From positions 1,350,001 to 1,382,000 of the forward strand of contig NZ_AP028907.1 of NCBI RefSeq assembly GCF_036323395.1: DNA of 32,000 nt, given 5' to 3'. The notes under the pieces are model-generated. The model saw only the letters and a list, made by a program, of their open reading frames with translations. It was not told where the DNA came from and ran no database searches. A program made the translations under genes and the position numbers. Positions 23,313-32,000 of this stretch are shown piece after piece. Each line of letters opens with the position of its first letter. The stretch's first letter is position 1. This DNA comes from Pyrodictium abyssi. Its GTDB lineage: Archaea; Thermoproteota; Thermoprotei_A; Sulfolobales; Pyrodictiaceae.

Positions 23313-24493
23313 TACCTGCCACCCCGCGTGTCTGTCCCTGCGAGGCGTGCTAGCCTGCGTAGGCTCTCTACGCGCTCACGCCCAGTACGCTCGTCAACAA
23401 CGATTATCCTCTCCATGCAGGATATGCACGGGTCAAAGCTAGCCAGTATGACGGGCACGTCGGAGAGCGTCACGCCTCTATACGCTATGAGGCTGTTCAG
23501 TATGTTTGGGAGGCTCGGCGTTCTTATCTTCACCCGGTAGGGCTTAGCACCGCCACGGCTTATGACGTGGTATAGGAGCTCGCCTCTCGGCGCCTCTACC
23601 CTGGAGACCGCCTCTCCCTCACGGAAGCGGCGCGGCGGGACCTTTAGGCTGTTTATCGGGCCACTTGGCAGCTTTTCTAGCACCTGGCGTATCATGTTTA
23701 TCGACTCGAGCATCTCCTCGAAGCGCACCATCATGCGGGCTAGGGAGTCTCCCTCGTTCCTCCTGGCTACGCGGAAGTCTAGCTCGCTATACCACGCGTA
23801 GGGGTCGTCGCGCCGGACGTCGATGTCTACCCCGGAGCCGCGCGCTGTGGGGCCGACGAGCCCGTGCCTTACCGCCTCGCTGTAGGGTATGACGCCCACG
23901 TCTTCCAGGCGGCTGCGTATCAGCTTATCGCTAACATAGACCCCCATGTAGTACCTTATGCGCTGCTCGAGGAAGTCCATGCTGCGCTTTATCTTCTCCG
24001 CTGTCTCGGGGCTTAGGTCGCGGCGGACGCCGCCTGGCCACACGTAGTCGGCTATCACGCGGTTGCCTGTTAGCAGCTCCTTTAGGTGCATAACCCTCTC
24101 ACGGTCCCTCATTATAAGCATGAATAGGCTCTCGAAGCCAATTATCTCCGCGACCACTGCAGCCAGCAGCATGTGGCTGTGCAGCCTCTCGAGCTCCATG
24201 GCCAGAACGCGTAGGGCCTGGGCGCGTGGCGGCGGCTCTATGCCCTGTATCTCCTCGAGGGCCTGGACGTAGCAAGTCGAGTGCATCATGTTGCATATAC
24301 CACAGACGCGTGTTACTATGTAGAGTGTTTTGAGGAACGTGTTGCTCTCCGCCAGCTTCTCTATCCCGCGGTGATTGTAGCCGGTCACCACCTCGACTCC
24401 TACCACGTCCTCGCCGTCAACGCGGACACGTAACATCACAGGCTCGTGTAGGGCTGGGTGCTGCGGCCCTATCGATACCTCTACGACTGGCAC
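23312..24493 (-). CDS. Group-4 membrane-bound [NiFe] hydrogenase large subunit (NuoD homologue retaining both Ni-Fe ligand pairs)
   Basis: L1 motif RVCGICNMMH and L2 motif DPCISCMER. The L2 motif is followed by a 30-aa C-terminal extension, the expected protease substrate. GTG 24493 is proposed as start because it lies directly after the stop of the NuoC-like gene. Confidence 0.9.
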   Translation of the reverse strand: MPVVEVSIGPQHPALHEPVMLRVRVDGEDVVGVEVVTGYNHRGIEKLAESNTFLKTLYIVTRVCGICNMMHSTCYVQALEEIQGIEPPPRAQALRVLAMELERLHSHMLLAAVVAEIIGFESLFMLIMRDRERVMHLKELLTGNRVIADYVWPGGVRRDLSPETAEKIKRSMDFLEQRIRYYMGVYVSDKLIRSRLEDVGVIPYSEAVRHGLVGPTARGSGVDIDVRRDDPYAWYSELDFRVARRNEGDSLARMMVRFEEMLESINMIRQVLEKLPSGPINSLKVPPRRFREGEAVSRVEAPRGELLYHVISRGGAKPYRVKIRTPSLPNILNSLIAYRGVTLSDVPVILASFDPCISCMERIIVVDERTGRERVESLRRLARLAGTDTRGGR

Positions 24494-24500
24494 GGTTCTG

Positions 24501-24980
24501 TCAGCCCTCCTTCCAGTCCTTTCGGAGCGGATACCCCGAGCCGATGTCGGGCGGCGTGAATATCCGGCGGAGGCTCTCATTGCCCTCGAACACTACTCCC
24601 ATTAGGTCGTAGACCTCCTGCTCGTACGCCGATGCGCCGGGGAGGAGGCCGGCTATGCTGGGGGCACGGGGGTCTGCGCGGGGTACACGGGTCCTCAGCG
24701 TTACGGCAGTCTTCTCGGGGATTACCCAGAATATGTAGTCTAGCTCGATGCTCTCCTCCTGGGGCAGATCCACCGCTGTTATGGCCGATATGTATACCCC
24801 GTCCGGGTAGGCCTCTAGGAGGCTCGCGACAGCCTCTGGTAGGGCCCACGGGTCGTCGATACGCGCTTCTAGGCGGCGGGGCTTCTTCTCGACAAGCTCT
24901 ATCTCGCGGCCTCTAATCTTCAGCAGCCTCTGCTTCAATCTCCTCGGCCTCCTTTCTTGCTCTCTTGAGGAGTTCGACAA
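24501..24980 (-). CDS. NuoC/MbhK-like (30-kDa family) hydrogenase subunit
   Basis: C-terminal signature AYEQEVYDLMGVVFEGNESLRRIF. The start is uncertain: TTG 24980 or TTG 24938. Confidence 0.75.
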   Translation of the reverse strand: MSNSSREQERRPRRLKQRLLKIRGREIELVEKKPRRLEARIDDPWALPEAVASLLEAYPDGVYISAITAVDLPQEESIELDYIFWVIPEKTAVTLRTRVPRADPRAPSIAGLLPGASAYEQEVYDLMGVVFEGNESLRRIFTPPDIGSGYPLRKDWKEG

Positions 24981-25392
24981 TGCCTTGGATTATCGCGTCG
25001 GGGCGTGGCGGGCAGCCGGGAATGTAGAGGTCCACGGGTACGGCCTTGTCTACTCCCCCGATCACGCTGTAGCTGTGGCGGAACACGTTGCCCGAGATAG
25101 CGCACGTGCCGACCGCTACCACGTACTTGGGGTCCGGGGTCTGCTCGTAGAGCCTCCGGAGCCTCTCAGCAGCCTTCTTTGTCAGGGCGCCGGTGACCAC
25201 TATGATGTCGGCGTGGCGGGGGTTGGGGGCCAGCTTTATGCCGAAGCGTTCTGGGTCGTAGAGGGGCGTTAGAGCTGCTACTACCTCTATGTCGCAGCCG
25301 TTGCACGCACCCGTATTGAAGTGCATTATCCACGGCGAGCGTGTGAGCATCTTTAATGCAAACGCGGTTTTACGGTGCTGCTGGTCTTGCAA
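24913..25392 (-). CDS. NuoB/MbhJ-like hydrogenase small subunit (proximal [4Fe-4S])
   Basis: CNGCDIEV, GTCAISGN and IPGCPPRP cysteine motifs. Confidence 0.9.
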   Translation of the reverse strand: MQDQQHRKTAFALKMLTRSPWIMHFNTGACNGCDIEVVAALTPLYDPERFGIKLAPNPRHADIIVVTGALTKKAAERLRRLYEQTPDPKYVVAVGTCAISGNVFRHSYSVIGGVDKAVPVDLYIPGCPPRPDAIIQGIVELLKRARKEAEEIEAEAAED

Positions 25393-25525
25393 GACCTACG
25401 CATACCCCCTTAGACTGTTATAGACGCCTTCATGACTGATTAGGCTTCTCCTGGAAAGACCTGGGTACAGAGCGTCACGGGCCGCGGCCTGGGGCATAGT
25501 GCCTCCCCCAGAGGGCGTTTACCGT

Positions 25526-26890
25526 CTACCCGATTGCGTCTACGATGAGCACGGGGGCTACGCCTAGGGCTATGGAGGCTATTGCTAGGAGAAGTAGCGG
25601 CGCTAGGAGGCTGGCCTGCGGCTCGGGGGGCGGCGGCCTGGGGGCAGCTGTCGCTGGGTGCCAGAATACGCGGCGCCAGAACCGGAGGGCGTAGGCGGTG
25701 GATGCTAGCACTGCTAGCGCCAGCATAGCTGCTGCTCCAGCGCCCCTACTGTGGCCGACGCCTAGCACTACTAGTAGCTCGCTGGGGAATAGGGCGAAGG
25801 GCGGTAGGCCTGCGAGGCTCATAGCCGCTGTGAAGCCCGCGAACGCTGTTAGGGGCATACGGTAGGCGAACAGCCCCATACGGCTTATGTCGTCGGTGCC
25901 GGCCTGCTTCTCCAGCACGCCCGCGACAAGGAAGAACAGCGCCTTGACAAGGCCGTGGGCTATCGCGGCTAGCACGCCGCCAGCCAGCGCTGCTGGGCTT
26001 GCGGCTGCGAGGCCAGCGTATATCATTCCCGCGTGGCTGACGCTACTGTAGGACGCTATTAGCCCGAGCCGGTTAGCCGATAGCGCGCGTAGGGCGCCGA
26101 TTAGGGCTGAGACTGCCCCCAGCCACACCGCTGCGTTGAGTATGCTGGTCGCGGCTTGAGGCCACGCTAGGGATGCCACAAGCCTGTACATCCCGTAGGC
26201 GCCTATACTTGTGACCACTCCGGCTAGTATGCCGGCTATGGCCGGGGGTACCGCCGTGTAGGCTCTGGGTATCCACGTATGGAAGGGGAACACGCCGAGC
26301 TTTATAGCGAAGGCCGTAAGCGCGGCTGTGAGAGCCAGGCCCGCTAGCCCGGTCGCGACGCTGGCGCCGAACACCGCGGCGCCGGATGCCACGAGGATAG
26401 CTATAGACACTAGGAGTAGCAGCGAGCCCGCATGCATGTATATGAAGAACTCTACTGCTCTGCGCGGCTCCCATAGCCATATCATCGCCGCGGAAGCCGC
26501 TAGCACCATCTCCCAGAATATGTAGAACGCTGGGAGGCTAAACGAGTAGACGAGCCCCAGCACAGCCGCGTGTAGCCCCACTACTACGAGCCTTAGCGCC
26601 GCCGTGCCGCCTCTCCCCATTAGCCCTGCCCCCTCGGCATAGGCTAGCACGCTAACCGCTACTACGCCCGAGAGCAGCGCGAAGAGCTTGGATACGGAGT
26701 CTATCCCCACGCAGAGGGGGATAGAGCCGAGCCATGGGGTGCACACGGGCCCGCCGCTTGCCAGCAGCGTGGCTAGGGTAGAGGCGGCTATAGCCGCCAG
26801 TACTGCCACGCGGGGCGCAGCCAGCGACGCCGCTGCGCCTAGGCCGAGCACTATCATCGATGCCGCGAAGGCTGCTGCCGCAACGGTCAC
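25526..26890 (-). CDS. NuoM/NuoN/MrpD-like antiporter-type membrane subunit
   Basis: 454 aa, about 14 TM helices. The core FAIKLGVFPFHTWIPRAY is typical of the family. It overlaps the upstream gene by 4 nt. Confidence 0.85.
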   Translation of the reverse strand: MTVAAAAFAASMIVLGLGAAASLAAPRVAVLAAIAASTLATLLASGGPVCTPWLGSIPLCVGIDSVSKLFALLSGVVAVSVLAYAEGAGLMGRGGTAALRLVVVGLHAAVLGLVYSFSLPAFYIFWEMVLAASAAMIWLWEPRRAVEFFIYMHAGSLLLLVSIAILVASGAAVFGASVATGLAGLALTAALTAFAIKLGVFPFHTWIPRAYTAVPPAIAGILAGVVTSIGAYGMYRLVASLAWPQAATSILNAAVWLGAVSALIGALRALSANRLGLIASYSSVSHAGMIYAGLAAASPAALAGGVLAAIAHGLVKALFFLVAGVLEKQAGTDDISRMGLFAYRMPLTAFAGFTAAMSLAGLPPFALFPSELLVVLGVGHSRGAGAAAMLALAVLASTAYALRFWRRVFWHPATAAPRPPPPEPQASLLAPLLLLAIASIALGVAPVLIVDAIG

Positions 26891-28200
26891 CAGCTAGCCA
26901 CCTCCAGCGCCTGGACTATCTGTGGCCACACGCCGAGCACGAGGAGTAGGAGCGAGTAGACGAGGAGCGGGGCTATCTGCAGACCACCACCGTTCCTTGC
27001 CACGGGGCCGCTTAGGGCTATGTAGCGGGCTATGTAGGCGGCTGCTACGAGGAAGAACAGGGCCGCGACCCCGGCCATCCAGGCGTAGCCAGCCGAGACG
27101 AGTGCTACGAGCATGGAGAGCTTGGCGGCGAACCCGTAGAGTGGCGGCAGGCCTGCTAGGCTTAGGAGCCCCACGGTCTCGGCGGCCTTTCCTCCGAGTG
27201 TGCCCGTGTAGCGCTGCGACGCAGCCACTAGCGCCGCCGACATGCTGCCCGCTGTCACGAGGTAGGCCAGCGCAGTCATCCCGTCCATGCCGGAGAGCGC
27301 TAGGGCCACTGCTAGCAGCACCTTGTAGCCTGCTCCGCCCACAATGCTGTAGCCTAGCATGCGGCGCACATCGCTCTGGGCTAGCGCGGAGAACTCGCCT
27401 ACAAGCATGCTAGCCAGCGCTAACACCAGTAGGGCTGCTGTAACGCCGCCCGCAGCCGCCCCGGCCTCGACTATGAGACGGAGCAGCGCCAGCATTGCTG
27501 GCGCGTCGAGCAGCAGTAGAGCAGTGGCTACGCCGAGTATGTGGGCTCCTTGCACCACGTCGGGGAGCCACATGTAGAACGGGGCGAGGCCGACCTCGAG
27601 CGCGAGACCAGCCACGAGGAACACTAGGCCGAGGAGCGGCTGGAGAGCCATGTGCTGGCCGTTACCTAGGACGGCGCCTAGGTCTGTGAAGCCGCGTACA
27701 CCGTTGCCATAGAGCAGGGCTGCGCCTAGCACTATGAACGCTACGCCGAGCATCGAGGAGTAGAAGTACTTGATTGCGGCTTCACCGGCCCGGCTCCCGC
27801 CTATACTGTACAGTGCCGCTAGAGCTGCTGCAGCCGTCTCTAGCCCTGCTACAAGGGTTATGAAGCTCTCCGAGTAGAGCACTAGGAGGCCGCCGGCCGC
27901 TGCTAGTATGACTAGCGGGGCTCTCCTATTATCGAGTTCTCCGACGAGGCTTAGGAGTACAAGTAGCTCTGCTGCTAGTAGGAGTACACCGGCCGCCTTA
28001 TACCCGCCTACCACGTGCGCCACGTCTAGCCCCTGGTGGCTGTAGACGCTCCCTACAGGCAGCTTCAGGACGAGCAGCAGCATGAGGGAGATGCTAGCTA
28101 GTGTGACGGCCTGCGAAGCTCTCCGCGGTAGAGCCGCCGCCATGGCTGCTGCCGCGAGCACAGCGCCTATACCGCCTACTAGCTGGTACGGGGCCTCCAC
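26887..28200 (-). CDS. NuoN/NuoM/MrpD-like antiporter-type membrane subunit
   Basis: 437 aa, polytopic; LEVGLAPFYMWLPDVVQGA core. Confidence 0.85.
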   Translation of the reverse strand: MEAPYQLVGGIGAVLAAAAMAAALPRRASQAVTLASISLMLLLVLKLPVGSVYSHQGLDVAHVVGGYKAAGVLLLAAELLVLLSLVGELDNRRAPLVILAAAGGLLVLYSESFITLVAGLETAAAALAALYSIGGSRAGEAAIKYFYSSMLGVAFIVLGAALLYGNGVRGFTDLGAVLGNGQHMALQPLLGLVFLVAGLALEVGLAPFYMWLPDVVQGAHILGVATALLLLDAPAMLALLRLIVEAGAAAGGVTAALLVLALASMLVGEFSALAQSDVRRMLGYSIVGGAGYKVLLAVALALSGMDGMTALAYLVTAGSMSAALVAASQRYTGTLGGKAAETVGLLSLAGLPPLYGFAAKLSMLVALVSAGYAWMAGVAALFFLVAAAYIARYIALSGPVARNGGGLQIAPLLVYSLLLLVLGVWPQIVQALEVASW

Positions 28201-28202
28201 GG

Positions 28203-30053
28203 CTACCCACCAACGCCGATCAGTGCAGCTATTATGAGGATGACTAGCCCGGCCAGATAGACGGCGTAGTAGTAGCTGAGCTTGCCCAGGTGGATGCTGC
28301 GCATGACCTCTCCCAGCTGGAGCGAGAGCGAGGCAACCGTCGAGGCGAGCGCGTCCACGACGCCTATGAGCCCCCTAGCTGACATCCTTGCGACAAAGAG
28401 TATCGAGGGAACGACTATCCTCGTATAGACGCGGTCCACGTAGAAGCCCTCAAGCACCATGCGGTGAACAGTCTTGGGCACTACAACCTCTAGTCTACCG
28501 CTGTAGAGCAGGTAGGCTGCTAGCAGCCCCGCAGACGCCGCAGCCAGGCCAGCGGCAACAGCCCCCGCGCTGGGCTCGACAGCTTGGAGCGGTGGCTTCA
28601 GCAGCAGAGGAGAAGCGATAGCCAGCACCGCGAGGACTAAGACCGGGGCTGCCATAGCCATAGGGGGCTTTTCTACCTTCAAGCCGCCGTGCCTCGGCTC
28701 TGCGAAGACCAAGTAGTATACCAGCTTAGCAGAGTAGAACGCCGTAGCAGCCGAGGCCGCGAGCAGAGCTAGCGCAGCGAGAGGGTCTGAGTTAATCGCC
28801 ACGTCTATTATCGCCTCTTTGCTCCACGCCCCGTTGAAGGGTGGTATGCCCGCCAGCGCAGCTGCTCCCGCTACCAGGCCTGCTACTAGTAGCCGGCTTC
28901 CACGAGCAGCCCCGGCTACGTAGCGCATATCCCTGGCTATCTCTGGCCCGAATAGGAGCTCGAACTCGTGTATGACGATCCCTACTGCCAGGAAGAGCAG
29001 AGCCTTGAACACGGCGTGACTTGCTACGTGCTCGAGCGCCGCCGCGAGCCCCTCGGAGCCGGCGCGCCATGCGAGGCCGATAGTGGCGTAGATGAAGCCT
29101 AGCTGGCTCATCGTCGAGTACGCTAGGAGCCTCTTAGCGTCGTACTGCGCTGCTGCTGCTAGGGCGGCGTAGAGCGCTGTAGCCGCCCCGACAATCGCGA
29201 CTATCTGTAGGAATCCGCTAGGAAGAGCCACCACATCCCCGGCGAGAGCCAGCGTGGACATCCTGAGGAGCAGGTAGACGCCAGCCTTGACCATCGTGGC
29301 TGCGTGTATCAGCGCGGAGACCGGCGTGGGGCCCTCCATCGCGTCGGGGAGCCAGACGTGGAAAGGCAGCTGCGCGCTCTTCGCAACCGCGCCTATGAAG
29401 GCTAGTGTCAGCGGGAGCCACATAGCGGATAGCCCGGCCTCTGCTAGCACGGGGTACTCGAGGGACCCCGCAGCCAGGTAGGCGTAGACTATGCCTACCA
29501 GGAGCGCTGTGTCCCCTATCCTCGTAGTCAGGAGCGCCTTAACGCCTGCTGCAGAGGCGCGTGGCGAGTAGTAGTGGTGGGCTATGAGCGCGAAGCTGCA
29601 GAGACCGACTATCTCCCAGAAAATGTAGAGCTGCGCTAGCCCACCGGCTAGCACGAGGCCTTCCATCGCGCCTATGAAGAGTGCGAGCAGGCTATAGTAC
29701 CTAGTATAGCCAGGGTCGCCCTCCATGTAGCTGTACGAGTAGACGACTACCAGGAAGCCTACTAGCCCCACTATCATGGAGAAGAAGGCTGAGAGCCCGT
29801 CGATGTACAATGAGAACCGTATACCCATGCCAGGCACTAGGGGTATACGGGGACCCTCGACGTAGAGAGGCTCCTCCACACCACTCGTGTAGAGCACGTA
29901 GGAGGATAGGAGCGCAGCTGCAGCCGAAGCAAGAGCTATGGCCCACGCTGCTCTGCGGCCCAGCAGGTAGCCCGCAACAGCTGCTAGCGGGGCAGATGCA
30001 AGCGGCACTAGGATGGCCGTGTAGCCCGCCGTGGCCGCATCCACCACCGCCAT
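28203..30053 (-). CDS. NuoL/MrpA-like antiporter-type membrane subunit
   Basis: 616 aa; AKSAQLPFHVWLPDAMEGPTPVSALIHAATMVKAGVYLL is the NuoL/ND5 hallmark. Confidence 0.9.
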   Translation of the reverse strand: MAVVDAATAGYTAILVPLASAPLAAVAGYLLGRRAAWAIALASAAAALLSSYVLYTSGVEEPLYVEGPRIPLVPGMGIRFSLYIDGLSAFFSMIVGLVGFLVVVYSYSYMEGDPGYTRYYSLLALFIGAMEGLVLAGGLAQLYIFWEIVGLCSFALIAHHYYSPRASAAGVKALLTTRIGDTALLVGIVYAYLAAGSLEYPVLAEAGLSAMWLPLTLAFIGAVAKSAQLPFHVWLPDAMEGPTPVSALIHAATMVKAGVYLLLRMSTLALAGDVVALPSGFLQIVAIVGAATALYAALAAAAQYDAKRLLAYSTMSQLGFIYATIGLAWRAGSEGLAAALEHVASHAVFKALLFLAVGIVIHEFELLFGPEIARDMRYVAGAARGSRLLVAGLVAGAAALAGIPPFNGAWSKEAIIDVAINSDPLAALALLAASAATAFYSAKLVYYLVFAEPRHGGLKVEKPPMAMAAPVLVLAVLAIASPLLLKPPLQAVEPSAGAVAAGLAAASAGLLAAYLLYSGRLEVVVPKTVHRMVLEGFYVDRVYTRIVVPSILFVARMSARGLIGVVDALASTVASLSLQLGEVMRSIHLGKLSYYYAVYLAGLVILIIAALIGVGG

Positions 30054-30055
30054 TG

Positions 30056-30349
30056 CTATCCCCTCAGCTCGTCCAGCTCGTCAACACTCTGGGCTCCGCG
30101 CCGCCTAGACGCGCTGAGGGCGAGAGCGGCCGCGAGCGCTACTGCTCCCGTCTCGACCACTAGCATGAAGACGAAGAAGCCTAGGCTACCGCCCCATAGG
30201 ACTAGGGAAGCTAGCGACGCGGCTGCCACAAGCTCTAGCCCGACTAGCACGCGTAGGAAGCTAGAGTACCGGGTAATCATGTAGAGCCCTGACGACGCGA
30301 GCACTGCTATAGCGAGCGAGTAGAGTAGGCTAGTCTCCACGGCTGCCAC
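30056..30349 (-). CDS. NuoK-like small membrane subunit
   Basis: 97 aa, 3 TM helices; LVGLELVAAA...VVETGAVALAAALAL...DELDELRG matches the NuoK/ND4L layout. Confidence 0.8.
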   Translation of the reverse strand: MAAVETSLLYSLAIAVLASSGLYMITRYSSFLRVLVGLELVAAASLASLVLWGGSLGFFVFMLVVETGAVALAAALALSASRRRGAQSVDELDELRG

Positions 30350-30773
30350 CTCCTATGACCAGTCTTAGCGCTAGGAGCACTGATGCTAGCGGCGCGGAGG
30401 CCATGGCCACGGCTAGTGGTGCCCACTCCTCGAGGCGGGGGTTCGGGGGCTCTACGCGTGAGCCGAGGTGCACGAGTACTACAAGCAGCACTAGCGCTCC
30501 TGCGACGCCTAGGCCCGGCACTGCTCCCCGCTTCACACCCCCCAGTTCTGGGGCGAGGAACCCAGCAGCAGCGAGGAAGCCCCCAGCTAGCGAGAGCTGG
30601 ACTATAGCCGCTGCCGGCTCACCCATATCGAGGAAGAGGAGGGCTAGGAACACCAGAGCAGCCGTGGAGGAGAGCAGCATCCTCTCGTCGCGCTCCGTGA
30701 GCGCAGCGTAGAGCCCGGCCAGCGCAGCCGCGACTGCTAGCAGGGGCGCTGCCTCGGCCAACCTCGTCACCAC
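30330..30773 (-). CDS. NuoJ-like (or MrpB-like) membrane subunit
   Basis: 147 aa, polytopic; FLDMGEPAAAIVQLSLAGGFLAAAGFL resembles the NuoJ central motif. It overlaps both neighbouring genes. Confidence 0.55.
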   Translation of the reverse strand: MVTRLAEAAPLLAVAAALAGLYAALTERDERMLLSSTAALVFLALLFLDMGEPAAAIVQLSLAGGFLAAAGFLAPELGGVKRGAVPGLGVAGALVLLVVLVHLGSRVEPPNPRLEEWAPLAVAMASAPLASVLLALRLVIGGGSRGD

Positions 30774-31723
30774 CCCGCTGCAAGCGCTACCGCCGCTAGG
30801 AAGAACGACGCGGGTACTATGATGCCCCAGGAGGCCTCGCCAACGTCTATCAGCCGCAGCCTCGGGGAAGCGGCTGCCACGAGAACCACTGCCAACGCCA
30901 CAGCTGCCCCCGCCGCGAGGAGGGCCAGGAGGCCGAGAAGGCCGCTCAAGGGCGGCGCAATGAACATGGAGGTGTAGTAGTACACCGCGACGGTGGACTG
31001 TACGCTATGAGCTAGATGAGCGAAGGCCAGGCGACGCCCACTCATATCGGCTACAACGCCGCCCGCTATCTCTGTCTCCGCCTCGGCTATGCTGAAGGGG
31101 TTCCTCCCGCTCTCGATCAGTATGAGGAAGAATCCTAGGAGTAGACCAGCTAGCCAGACGGGTATGAGGATAGGCTTGGAGGCTAGGCTGCTCCAGAGCT
31201 TCGACCTTATCTCGGCGAGCTCGAGCGAGCCCGTAGCAGCATACGGGACTGCTAGCAGGGAGAGGAGGGCTACCTCGTAGCTGGCTAGCAGGCCAAGCAA
31301 ACGGAGGCCACCGACGACGTTGAAGGGGCTATGGGTCGAGTATGCAGCTAGGTAGAGGAGCCCCGTGGAGAGGACCAGGCACACAGAGACCAGTATTGTG
31401 TCGCCGTAGAAGCTGAAGCTGGTAGCGCCGTTCCAGGGTATGAATAGCGATGCAAAAGCAGCGAAGCCGAGGCTCAGCACAAGCATGACTGGCGTCGCCA
31501 CGGGATCCTGGCTTCTGGGCGCTAGGTCCTCCTTGCCGAGCAGCTTGAGTATATCGAAGAGCGGCTGGAGAAGCCCCCAGAGCCCAGTGTAGCTCGGCCC
31601 TATCCTGTTCTGAAGCCTCGCTGCGAGCTTCCGTTCAGCAGCTTCAAGGAAGAGGGCAAGTGCTACTACGAATGTAAGACCCGGGTACACAGTAGATTCC
31701 ACTACTAGTTGTGGAAGACTCAT
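30767..31723 (-). CDS. NuoH/MbhM/HycD-like membrane subunit
   Basis: ERKLAARLQNRIGPSYTGLWGLLQPLFDILKLLGKEDL is the NuoH/ND1 N-terminal hallmark. Confidence 0.9.
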   Translation of the reverse strand: MSLPQLVVESTVYPGLTFVVALALFLEAAERKLAARLQNRIGPSYTGLWGLLQPLFDILKLLGKEDLAPRSQDPVATPVMLVLSLGFAAFASLFIPWNGATSFSFYGDTILVSVCLVLSTGLLYLAAYSTHSPFNVVGGLRLLGLLASYEVALLSLLAVPYAATGSLELAEIRSKLWSSLASKPILIPVWLAGLLLGFFLILIESGRNPFSIAEAETEIAGGVVADMSGRRLAFAHLAHSVQSTVAVYYYTSMFIAPPLSGLLGLLALLAAGAAVALAVVLVAAASPRLRLIDVGEASWGIIVPASFFLAAVALAAGW

Positions 31724-32000
31724 TGCTGTCTGGGCCTCCTTTTCCCGTTAGCTATATCCCGGGCAGCTATCGCCAAGAAGGCTCCAGCCGAGGCGAAGAG
31801 GAGAGTAGCAGCACCACCGCCGGATACTAGTACTGCTACGGGGACAGATTCGACTGAGGCGAAGAGTAGTAGGAGCCAAGGGTATGGCAGAGAACTCCTC
31901 TTGAGCGGTCCAGCCTTTTCTCCACACATGTAGGGGGCTATCGCATCGCCTCTATTCCTGGAGGATGGAGCTAGGCTCCTTGCTGCGAGGTAGTAGCTAG
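31720..32000 (-). CDS. NuoA-like small membrane subunit; 5' end lies outside the window
   Basis: The frame stays open to the window edge: ...SYYLAARSLAPSSRNRGDAIAPYMCGEKAGPLKRSSLPYPWLLLLFASVESVPVAVL... This resembles the NuoA loop (Y-E-C-G-like) followed by its TM helix. It overlaps the nuoH-like start by 4 nt. Confidence 0.5.
   Translation of the reverse strand, partial: SYYLAARSLAPSSRNRGDAIAPYMCGEKAGPLKRSSLPYPWLLLLFASVESVPVAVLVSGGGAATLLFASAGAFLAIAARDIANGKRRPRQQ

Overview
High-GC (about 60%) archaeal chromosomal segment. The gene content suggests a hyperthermophilic crenarchaeon: PaREP1, HEPN/MNT, archaeal riboflavin kinase, a group-4 [NiFe] hydrogenase and heavily N-glycosylated secreted proteins. 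The cannula(Can)-like genes point to Pyrodictiaceae, but that call rests on my memory of CanA and is unverified. No rRNA, tRNA, CRISPR array or intact mobile element was seen.

The left half (1-16.3 kb) looks like an accessory cell-surface/matrix region. It holds a secreted coiled-coil protein, a Can-domain fusion protein and a large polytopic membrane protein. It also holds a membrane-anchored thermonuclease and an AbrB-like gene. The centrepiece is a translationally coupled operon: membrane-tethered wHTH regulator, processive GT2 glycan synthase, 169-aa archaeosortase/exosortase-like protein. A 179-aa Can-like secreted fibre subunit follows directly. A second Can-like paralogue 2.7 kb downstream is broken by two compensating frameshifts. 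Between and around these lie decayed or selfish-type genes: PaREP1 with an in-frame TAG, a coiled-coil PD-(D/E)XK protein, and an MNT plus frameshifted HEPN pair.

The right half (16.4-32 kb) is intact housekeeping and energy metabolism. It encodes MobA, two FdhE-like proteins, a CoA-disulfide reductase/NADH-oxidase-type flavoprotein, PAP2 phosphatase and an acyl-CoA-dehydrogenase-like protein. It ends with a long minus-strand operon for a membrane-bound [NiFe] hydrogenase. That operon has a complex-I-like membrane arm (NuoA/H/J/K/L/M/N-like), NuoB/C/D/I-like subunits and a HycI-type maturation protease.

The most interesting candidate is the wHTH-GT2-mini-archaeosortase-Can-like locus at 8.0-11.7 kb.
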